Shown: positions 25,101 to 35,388 of the stretch, piece by piece
How the letters are laid out: every line of letters starts with the position of its first letter
How positions within the stretch are numbered: the first letter of the stretch is position 1
Assembly: GCA_031835245.2 (NCBI GenBank)
Contig: JAVKOQ020000038.1
Span: 62,001-126,000, forward strand
DNA length: 64,000 bases
Reading direction: 5' to 3'
From: Balamuthia mandrillaris
Taxonomy: Eukaryota
Notes under the pieces: generated by a model
Seen by the model: only the letters and a program-made list of their open reading frames with translations
The model's database searches: none
What the model was told of the DNA's origin: nothing
Position numbers and translations under genes: made by a program

Positions 25101-26929
25101 GTACCGTAACAAGTTGCATGCCATCTGGACTGAAACATATATTCTCCACCACTGCCTCCGAGATCCTAACATTGTTAAAGACGTTTACAGCCGGCGGAGC
25201 ACACACCTCCAACTCAAATGCATGTCGGTCCGCCAGAGCATCATAAAACTGAAGGGTTCCGCGTCTTCCATTTAACACAATCAAGTTCTGTCTGGGCTCC
25301 ACGACGAGACCCGTAGGAATGGTCCTGGATTTGCCAAAGACTTGCACTGGCTTTAAGCCTTGGATAAGGCGCTCTTCGGTCATGGAGAGGGCGTTGATAA
25401 TGCGGATAGAATTGTCAGCGCAGGACAGGGCATAGTATTTGAAGTCGGGACTGGGGGTTATGCCATTGATGGTGGATCCAAGGCGGGGCAAAAAGTCCTT
25501 GTGGCCGGTTTTTAACTGCCATATCACGAACACCGCCTTTTTTTTCAACATTTGTTGATTAGAGGTGTAACACATAGAAGGACAAGCAAAAGAAGCAAAA
25601 AAGTGGGGACGTGCCTCTTCACCACCAGAGTACATATACGCTCCGTCAGGACTGAACGCGAGCGACCGCGGGGAATGAGCATGCCAATGGAAGTTGGTGA
25701 TAACAGGTCGCTCCGCTTTTGGCTTGCTGTTACTGCCATTACTTGCAAGGCAATAGTTGAAAGAGATACAGCCGGTAGTGTCCCCAAAGACTACACAATA
25801 CTCCGTTGGGTGGAAATGCAGACAAGTAATTTCAAACTTGTGGGTCACCCTATTTTTTGAGCATTAGCAAGAATGAAAAGATAGAGTAATAGCGAGGCCA
25901 TAGACCAAAGGAACAGAAGGAGAGAATAGATGGGAGAAAGAGGGTGCGAACCTCCGTGGCTTGCCTGTGCGAGTCAGGCTGTGCAAGAAAAACTCGTTCT
26001 TGCCAAAACTTCTTGTGGCAAGGTAATCCCCGTTAGGGCTTACCCTTAGCTCGCCAAAAGGGGCCATAGATTTGGATATAACTCTTTGCTGCTTTCCCTT
26101 TAGTTGGAAGCAAAGCAAACGCCAAACCTTCACGGCCGGGGCATTCGTTTTCTTCTTAAAAGGCTTCGGCTTCTTTTTCGTTTTATTTGTTGACGTAAGT
26201 TCGCTGTCTTTGGTTTCTTCTTCTCCCTCTTTCTGTTCGTCATTATTGTTGTCGTTATCTCCCTCCACATCCATTGATTTACCATCTTCACCTTTCTCTT
26301 CTTCCTTTTTGTCTTGTTGACCTTCCTTTGTTGAGTCGTTCTCGGAACGTTTCCAGTTGCCGCTGTTATGTTCTTCTTTCGGTCCCAGGACAACGTAAGC
26401 GGTACCTTCGCGGACGGGATCCAACATGAAGCTTTCTATGGGATGTTGCAAATCCCAGGCTTGAAGAATCACTCCGTCGCTATAGTCCCACAGCAACAAT
26501 CTTCCATCCAGTGACGTCGAAAAGAGCTGGACAGAGAGAAGAGAAGCAAGCGAAAAATAGTGAGTGAGAAGAAGAGAAGAGAGAGCGATAAAGAGAGAGA
26601 GAACCTGCAAAGGATTGGCAGGATTGAGAGCGACGCTAGTGACTCTGGTGGTATGCCCAAGCAGCTGACGAACGGGTTCTCCCGTCTCCACGTTAAACAC
26701 TTTGATGCATAGGCCTTGACAACCAAACAAGTACCTTCATTGTAGGATAAAAAAAAGTTAATCGGAGATTGCGATTCTACTTTAATACACAGAGCGAGAG
26801 AGAGCGCGAGAGCGAATAAAAGTCAACAGAAACGTACTTGGTATCGGCGGACCAAACGACGGGGTGACCGCTCGTGAGAAAACCTCCGGCGATGAGGGAG
26901 TGGGACCATTGAGCGGAGGGTTGCGCCAT
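23426..26929 (-). CDS. WDR75: WD-repeat protein 75 / U3 snoRNP component UTP17 (Nan1)
   Basis: Family motifs FHWHAH...LAFSPDGAYMYSGGEE.VFVIWQLKTGHKDFLPRLGSTI, WMCRSVGFYK...AAAFSSDGSLLAIAYG and C-terminal LFDAPSHVIPPPSKLYLSFMDSLL. Confidence 0.9.
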
Positions 26930-27635
26930 TTTGTGTTCAATAAATAAATAAATAATAAAATAAATAAAGAGGCGGGGTGCTGTTTTGAAAAAAAAAAGAG
27001 GAAATATTCCTTGGAGAGGAAGAAGCGCTTTTTTGTTGAGAGTCCTGCGAAGAAGCAATCCCAACAATAAAGAAATAAAAGGTATTATTAGTGTTAGTCT
27101 TTTTTTCATGATCTCAATCTGAGAGGAAAGTTTACGTACGAAAAGCTTGAAAGCCGAAAACGACTCTTTTTTTTTTGTTTCTTTCACGCAAGGAAGGAAG
27201 GAGATGAAGAAGAAGGGCGGGAGGGCGTTGCGCTACACAAACTATTTTTTTTTTGGGTTCTTTCTTTCTTCCTTTCTTCTTTTCTTCGCGCGATTTATTG
27301 CGGACATGTCGACAACAAATCGTGCTCTTCTCCCTGCGATAGGAACCAGAGCGAGTTTCGTCCCTTCCAAGGCAGCGTGTTTGGCGCGATGATTGAGGGA
27401 GACAAATCCTTGCGTTCCTCCGGACACATGGGTTTCTTTTCCTCCTCAAATTTTCGCATTCTTTCCGCCTTTTTTCTTGCCCTTTGAATTTTTTTTTTCG
27501 TTTCTTTTCTTTTTTGCAGCAACAAAAAAACACTCCAGTCACACTTTGATTGGCGCCTTTCGATTTCGGATCCCTCGCTCGCTCACTTTTTTTTTTTCCT
27601 CCTCCCTTTCCCACACACAAAAAAAAAAAACAAAG

Positions 27636-28163
27636 ATGAACACCGTCCTTTACTACGCCGCCATCAACGGAATCGAAACCACCTTCCCTGCCGAGCCCTC
27701 TCCCTCTGCTGCCGAGTCCTCAGCCGCCCCTGCTACCGAAAAAGTAGCGGAGAAGCAAGCGGAGAAGAGCGCCACCGAGGCGGCAGGCGACGACGACTTT
27801 GATGTCTTTGGCGATGTGGACGAACAGGCGGAGGAGGAGCAGAGGAAGGCCCGCGCGGAGGCCGCCCAGGCCTCCAAGAAGAAGGCCGCCCCCGTCGGCA
27901 AGTCCAACCTCATCCTGGACGTGAAGCCCTGGGAGGCGGAGACTGACCTTCAGGCCATGGAGGCCGCCGTTCGCAGCATCCAGATGGAGGGCCTCACCTG
28001 GTCCGTGTCCAAGCTCGTGGAAGTGGCCTATGGCATCAAGAAGCTGCAGATCAGCGCTGTCATTATCGACGACCTGATCAGCGTGGACACTTTGGAGGAG
28101 CAGATCAAGGAGTTCGATGACCTCGTGCAGAGTGTGGACGTTGCTGCATTTGTCAAACTCTAA
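27636..28163 (+). CDS. EEF1B: Translation elongation factor 1-beta/delta (eEF1B guanine-exchange subunit)
   Basis: Acidic DDDFDVFGD segment followed by GKSNLILDVKPWEAETDLQAMEAAVRSIQMEGLTW...VAYGIKKLQI...VQSVDVAAFVKL. Strongly biased GC3 codons. Confidence 0.95.
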   Translation: MNTVLYYAAINGIETTFPAEPSPSAAESSAAPATEKVAEKQAEKSATEAAGDDDFDVFGDVDEQAEEEQRKARAEAAQASKKKAAPVGKSNLILDVKPWEAETDLQAMEAAVRSIQMEGLTWSVSKLVEVAYGIKKLQISAVIIDDLISVDTLEEQIKEFDDLVQSVDVAAFVKL

Positions 28164-28254
28164 ACACAACAACACAATAGAGTTTCAAGCGCTTTAAAAC
28201 CGTACAGCCAAGTTTCTTTACTTTACACTTGTTCTCTCTCTCTCTCTCTCTCTC

Positions 28255-30632
28255 TCACTCGCAGGAAGCAGTCGTGGAGGATGGCTCTGGGGACGACGAT
28301 TGGTAGCTATGAAAGACTTTATCGATGGACCCGACAAAGTTCACCTGGCGGTTGTTCCACAGCACGCAGCTCCCCAGTTTCCTGCACACGCTCATCTTCT
28401 CCACACACACCGGCCTCTCAAACACCAACCTATCGTGATAACGCAACACACACAAACGTTAGATATGAGAGGAGAGAACGAGAGAAAAGGAGGAGGAGAA
28501 CAGAAGCAGCACCGAGCAACAGCAACAACTCCAAGGGGGATGTGCGTGGGAGTCTCGTTCACCACACGTGCGGTGCGTTTATCCAGCAGGCGCTCGATCT
28601 CGGCGATGGTGCAGTGCGTGGAGGCGCTGTGGCAGTAGAAAGTGGAGCCATGGCCGATGGCTGCCTGTGACGCCAAGGGCAGGCTCACCAGCCTAACCGT
28701 AACCTCGTAGGCGGGCTGAAGGGGGTGATGCTCGGCATCGGAGAGCACCAGGCCTTTAAGGTGAAGCTTGTTGGGAGGGATCGGCAAGAAGACGACATCC
28801 TCTTTATCCTCGTCTTTCTGCTCCTTTGGTTCTTTTTCTTCTTCTTGCGTAGGAGACGGAGCTGATGAAGCGGAGGAAGCAGAAGAAGGAGCGCAAAGGT
28901 TCAGGCGAACACCGATGATATCTCCTGGAATGGCTCTGGCCACGGGTGCACCGTTTCTCTCGATGGAGAGCACCCGAAGAGGTCGCTCCAAGGCAGCCGC
29001 TTCCTCATCGTGGTGATCGAACAACCGACGAAGGCGGATGGCCCGATTCGGTTGTTTGCGTTTCCTGTCCCACTTGGTGCTGCTTGCCAAGGCTCTCCTT
29101 CGCGCAAAGAGAACAAGGCCCGACAAAGGAAGCCACACTCGCGTATCACGTGTGATGCAGCCTTGGAGCACCTTCCCGATGAGCACCGTGTATCGTCTGC
29201 CGTCTCTGTCGTCCTCTGCTTTGGAGAGGATCCAATCAAAGACGCACATCCTCAGTGGCGCAAAGAGCTGCCTTGTTGGTTCTGCCATGGCATGCAGTGC
29301 TCCCAACAAAGTCGGTCCGCTGTACCAAGGAGGAGCAACAGCTTGCGCATCCATGACCTCCTCCTCCGCGCTCATCTTTGGTGCTGAGGGAGGCGGAGGC
29401 GGCGCCTTTCTTTCATCCTCTCCGCCCTGCTGCCTGTTTTGTCGATGCACGCTCTCATCGAATAGTTTCAAGCGGGCACGAGTTACGTTCTCTCCTGTCC
29501 ACCCGGAGACTGGCACGAATACTAGGCTTGACGCTGAGTAGCCTACGCGCTTGGCAACGCTGAGGACCTCGTGCTTGACATCGAAGTAGCGGTTGGGGTT
29601 CCAGCGCGCTGCTTCCATTTTGGTTATGGCCACCACCAGCTGTTTGATGCCATGCACCCATGCCAGCACCACGTGCAATCTGAGCCACCCAAAATAGTGA
29701 GCATGAATGGGATGCTGAGAGAGAGAGAGTGAGGGAGAGAGAGAGAGAGAGCAGAGCAGGAGACAAAAAGAACAGACCTGGTCTGACCATTCCTAGAAAT
29801 GCCTGCTTCAAACTCAGCCAAATGGCTGGACACCACCAAGAGGCCATAGTCAGCAAGACAAAAGGCGCGGTGGGCATTCTTTATGAAGCACGTCTTGCCG
29901 GGGACGTCGATAAGGTCGTAGTATCTGTTTTCTGTATCTAACTTGAGGCAACGGGCCTGGGTTGCTATTGTATATCCATGTTATGGAGAAGAAGAAGAAC
30001 AAGAAGAAGGACAAGAAGAACAAGAAGAAGAATGAAAAAGAACTGATAGGAGGAAGCAAAGTGGCGTACATACTTCCTCGTTTTCTCTCCACCGGTGTGC
30101 GATCAACCAGATGGGCGAGCCGGCTCGGAATACCATCCCACTGGTTCGCCTCCCCACCGACAAACAACAGCTGCCCCAGCAATGTGGATTTACCGCAAGC
30201 AGTGTGCCCAAGAAAGATCCAGCTGGTGGTTCTCTTGGCGTGCCGACCCGCCGCAGCAGTCAGGAAGGTCTTTCTCCACAAGGCCTCCTCCTCTTGCGGT
30301 CCTTCTTCTCTCTCTTTTGCTTTGTCAGGAGGTGCACCGAGGGGTTGGCACGGAGAGGAGATGCCACGATGGAAGCACAGCTGCTTCCACAAGTAGGGAT
30401 CCCTTCCAAGCTGAGCAAAGCCGTGGCAAACCTGAAGCAGGCAACCGAGGCTTTTGGCATCCAGCTCCCAGCATATCGTCATCCAAATCTTTTGTGTTCA
30501 ACAAAGAGGGAAGCACAAATGGCACGGAGTGTTGGCAAGCTGCCTGCCAAGGGACAAAAGGGCGGGGAGTGCGAGGCAACAACAACAAACCTCAACAGGG
30601 ATAGAGGGGAGTTGATCGTGGTGGGTCTTCAT
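28255..30632 (-). CDS. F-box protein fused to a divergent eEF1A/HBS1-like GTPase (domains I-III)
   Basis: Exon 1 (30632-30591) plus exon 2 (from 30488) give LPSIPVEIWMTICWELDAKSLGCLLQVCHGFAQLGRDPYLWKQLC (F-box). Then GHTACGKST, ERKRG, IDVPGKTCFIKN, EFEAGISRNGQTR, GIKQLVVAITKME, VPVSGWTGENV, PWYSGPTLL, AIPGDIIG and RPVCVEK...LGSCVL. Confidence 0.85.
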
Positions 30633-31044
30633 GTTCTCTTGTCTCCTCTCATGTGTAACACATGTGTTGATAGGTGCAAGTGGTGCAACTCAAGTTTATT
30701 TCAGTGAAGGATAGCTTGAAAGTGCAGCAATGAATTATAAATAATGTTCACATAAGCAGTTGAGATAGTGCTATTTACTTTGTCTTTATTACCATTTTTA
30801 TTCTTATTTTATATTACTTTCTACTATATACATAATACATTATTCCTTTCCATTCATAAAACAAGTAAAACAAAAAGTATTTACTACTAGATAATAATAT
30901 AATATTTAAGACTGACTTCTTTTTCTTGTTGTCAACCTGAGGAAATGTCTTTTCTTTTTCTCTCTCCTTATTAACTATTTCCTTGATTTCTCTTTTCTTT
31001 TTTATACCTTGATGGATTTGTTAAATAAAAAAGAGTAACTTTTT

Positions 31045-32802
31045 TTAAAATTCAAAATTATTATTTTGATGAATTCTTGGTACAGAAACAAAACATTGAT
31101 TAAATAAAGTTACATCAGAATAAGTATCATCTTTTTCTTCAAAATATGAATCACCATATTCATTATAATTTAAAACAATAGAAAAACCTTTCTCTATATG
31201 TCTTGTAGCCACAATAAAAATCCTTAACTATTATTATGTAAAATAATCAAATTTAAGATATTTACTTCATTTATTTTTTTTTAAAAAATACAAACCTTAT
31301 TATTACACCACACTGTTGTCATTGTGGCATTTTGTTTGATGAAGAAAGGAGTAGTTGGACTTATTGAATTAATAAAACGCATTTCATTGCCAATATACTC
31401 AGCATCAATACATAAAGCTGGTAATTGACATTTAGACTTGAGTTTTTTAGGATACCAAAAACTTGCCATATAATGCCCAGATTTACATTGTTTTTGATAT
31501 TTTACTTGGCCAACATATTCTCCTATAACTTCAAGTGGTTTAATATTTACAAGAGCCTTTAATTCAAATTGTTTTAAATTAACTTAATAATAAAAATTAG
31601 TATAATACAAAAAAACAAAAAAACAAACTTACTTTTACTTAATTCATTTGACCATGCCCAATGACCACTTTGGATTTCAACTATTTGTGTTTTTGTTTCA
31701 AGGTTTTGTTTATGCCAACAAGGAGAATATGACTCCCAAAGAGCACTATATTTTGCTATCATATCAAGTTCTTTTTGATGTATACCATTCCATGAATTGT
31801 TATAAATATAATGGAACTGACTAGAAAAACTTGAAAATGGCCATTCCATTTTTTTAAAATTTGCTTTTAAAAAGTTAAAAACTAAAATAAATTAAAATTA
31901 AATAAAATTAAAAAAAAGTACAAACCTAACTTTGTAAGCTTAATATGAAAAGGACATAAAAAACCTTGATCATCTATCCAATCACCATTACTTGCAATAG
32001 CACATAAATAATGACTTACATAACGACAATCTTTAATATGACACCCTATTGATGCTCTTTTATAACCACAAAATGAACATAACTACAGAGTTTTTAGGTT
32101 AATAAAATAATATAAAATAAAATTACATACCATACTATGCATTTTAACTCTTAAAATAAGTTGATCATCTGTTTCATTACAGTATCTTGAGCTCCATAAT
32201 AAACAGTTTTCATGAATAAATATGTTTTGCATAACTCCTACATGTTGTGTTTGTTTCATTATTAAACTTCCTACCATTCCATTTGATTGTTGTTGACCAC
32301 AAAAATAACATTTTTGTGTTTCATTTAAACAAGTTGTAATAGCTTCAGTTGTGGAAGTGATTGTATTATCTTCAAGTTTTAAAAAAAATTAGTTAAAAAC
32401 AACGTTGTTTAACTTTGAAACAAAAAAAACAAATAACAAATCAAAAAACAACAACAAACCTGGTAATAACTTTGAACAAAAACTTGATTGATGATGTTGT
32501 TGTAAGCCATTAGGTTGTAACTTTAATGATGGTTTAAGTGCAGCTAAAAAATATAAAATGTTTAATTTTAAAACAAAAAAAAATAAAAGTAAGTAAAGTG
32601 CTTTACCATTTAACTGTCTATTTAAAGATACTGGGCTTAATCGTTTTCGTTTGGTTTGATACGTTTTTACTTGTTCTCTTTTTGTCTTCTTGTGTGTTTG
32701 CATTTCCTTTGGGTTCACTTCAAACCATTTGACAGTGAGCCCAGTGATATCCAAGGAATGGTCGTCGAGGGCGTCGCCATTTTCCCTTGGCTGCTTTCTC
32801 AT
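31045..32802 (-). CDS. Extended-PHD (zf-HC5HC2H-like) plus SET-domain protein, multi-exon, in an AT-rich island
   Basis: Spliced translation gives CYFCG...HENCLLWSSR...CSFCGYKRASIGCHIKDCRYVSHYLCA...LCPFH (ePHD). The SET part reads VIGEYVG...CIDAEYIGNEMRFINS...NATM...IFIVATRHIEKGFSIVLNY, with TAA at 31047-31045. Confidence 0.75.
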
Positions 32803-33096
32803 CGTTCGTTTCCAAGCGAAAAACCAGAACCAGAAAAAACAAAAAAAAAAAACCAAAACCAAAAAGCAGAACCAAAGCTTCCTCTTCTCTTTTTTTGTGG
32901 CTCTTTTCGTTTGTTTTTTACTTTTTTCTTCGCTTTTCGGTTCGTGTCGACGCTGCACGAGGGGTCGAACGGATTGTTCTTTCGAAAATTTCGTCAAAAA
33001 TTTACCTGAAAAAGGAAAATAATTGGATCGAGGAATAAAATAAATATAGGAACATTCATTTTCGAACAGCAGAAAAGAAAAGAAAACAAAGGACCC

Positions 33097-34352
33097 ATGG
33101 ACGACCGTGCGCCTGCTGCTAGTGCTCCTCTGGGAACCTCCGCCTCCGCCTCCGCCTCCGCCTTCTCCTCGTGGAAGCTCGCCGTTGGCGCTGCTGTTGG
33201 TGCCGTTGGACTTGCCACCGGGGCTGCCTATTATTTCTACGGCGGCACGCCTAAGGCAGGAGGGGATGGCCCCGCTGCGTTACCCAACAACGGAAGAAGC
33301 ACCGCGGAGAGAGGAGAAGAGCGGGAGCCCCAAACGTTGCAAGAAATGGTGGAGCGGTTGAAAAGTACGTGGATAAACCCTTTATAAATTTTTTTTTTCA
33401 GCTTCTTTAACTCACACAGAGAAAACGACACCATTGACAGAGCAAAGCTATATCACCACGCCGGAGGCGGAGAGAGCGATGCTCACCGTCGATCGGGCCA
33501 GGTACGTTGCCGATGTTGGCGAGGATGAGCCACGGAACAGCAACCCATACGCCGACGCTGCTTGTCCTATTGGCTTCTATGCCACCATTTCTGCTCCACA
33601 CATGGTATTTCTGTTTTCTTGTGCTCATTCTTGTTCTTCTTGTTGTTCTTTTTCTTCTTCTTCTTCTTGTTCTTGTTCTTCTTCTTGTTCTTCTTGTCCT
33701 TCTTCTTGTTCTTGTTCTTGTTCTTGTTCTTCTTGTTCTTCTTGTTCTTCTTCTTCTTCTTCTTCTTCTTCTGCTGATGCTCTGAATTCTGCTTTTACTT
33801 CTTATCATTATCCGACATCTGTAACTAAAACCAACCAACCAACAAAATAAGGCCGCTCTGAGTTTAGATCTGCTTGCGCCCAAGATTAAACCAGGTGCAA
33901 ATGTTTTGGACGTCGGCTCTGGTTCTGGCTTTACTGCTGCCTGCTTAGCTGTCATGGTTCTCTTCTTATTCTTCTTTCGTTTTTTTTTTCCTTCTTTCAA
34001 TCATTTTCTGATGTTTTGCTATTCTGTCTGCTGAACAATAAGGTTGGGGAAGAAGGTCAGGTTCATGGGATAGAACACATCCCTGAGTTGGTGGAACAGT
34101 CCATCGATAATATTCGTAGTGCCAATCCTGATCTCCTCTCTCGCATCAATATCATTGGTACATACTTGTATTTCTTTGGTTTTAATTGTTTGTTGCTTTT
34201 TAACGATGAAACCTTCTCTCCCTCTATCATTTGGGATACTAATATACAGAAGGAGATGGTCTGATGGGAGTTCCTCAGCATGCGCCGTATGATGTCATCA
34301 ACGTCGCTGCTGCTGCGGAAGGTTAGCTTTGTTTTGCATAAGATAGAAGAGA

Positions 34353-34394
<42 letters not shown>

Positions 34395-35074
34395 AAAGAC
34401 GTGAACCTAACCTGTTTTGTATGAATAGAAGTACCACAAGCTCTTATCGATCAGCTGAAGCCTGGCGGCCGAATGGTACTTATTCCTTCCATTCCCTCCA
34501 CTCTGCGCGCACTCAGCCCTCTGCTGTGCTCTGTTCGTTTAAACTGAAACGTCTTATTCCACTTGGCAACACAAGGTGATACCGGTTGGCCCAAGTGCGG
34601 AGTTTCAGACCTACTATCAAATAGACGTTTCCGAAGATGGCAGAGACGTGAAGACGTTGCCCCTTATGCAGGTCCGTTTCGTGCCGATGCTAAGCAAGGA
34701 TGTCCAATTGACGGGAGAGTTCAGCAACAATGCTCGCATCTTAAACGCGCAGGACGGAAGCCGTCTGTTAGTGATGCCTGTTCTGCACCACGCTCCGGAT
34801 AGTACTTCAGAGCAGTTGAAGCTTGTCCGAAGCCAGCTGGATGCTTGGGCTAAGGAAGCAAAAGAAGAACGAGGAGACGAACGTGCCCGACAGAAAGAAA
34901 GAGAAGAAGAACAGAATGACGATGGACGGAAAGCAGAAGCAAAAAAGTACACGATGGAGGAAGTGAGCAAACACAATAAGAGAAACGACTGCTGGATGGT
35001 GATTTATGGTAAAGTCTATGACTTTACTCGTTTTATTGACGAACATCCTGGTGGTGACATCGTACTGGAGGTAT

Positions 35075-35117
<43 letters not shown>

Positions 35118-35251
35118 ATTTTAACTTACAACACAAAATAAAAAACCAGGGAGCAGGAACGGAGGCAACGGAGTTGTTTGAGGATGTTGCTCACTCGCAA
35201 GACGCCAAAGAAATGCTGAAGGAGTTTTATGTTGGAGAGTTTCTGGAATAA
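33097..35251 (+). CDS. Protein-L-isoaspartate O-methyltransferase (PCMT) with N-terminal membrane anchor, fused to a C-terminal cytochrome b5 heme domain
   Basis: Hydrophobic segment [25 protein letters not shown] motifs [71 protein letters not shown] and VRFVPM. Cytochrome b5 motifs [10 protein letters not shown]...[23 protein letters not shown]...[22 protein letters not shown]. Confidence 0.9.
33628..33770 (+). repeat. (TTC/TTG)n intronic microsatellite
   Basis: Triplet tract in a PCMT intron. Confidence 0.9.
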
Positions 35252-35323
35252 GTTATTTAAAGTAAATCTGCTATTTATTGTTGGCCTTATCGTTTCAACA
35301 AACACAAAACTATGATGCACAAG

Positions 35324-35373
<50 letters not shown>

Positions 35374-35388
35374 GATAAGAAAAGACCT

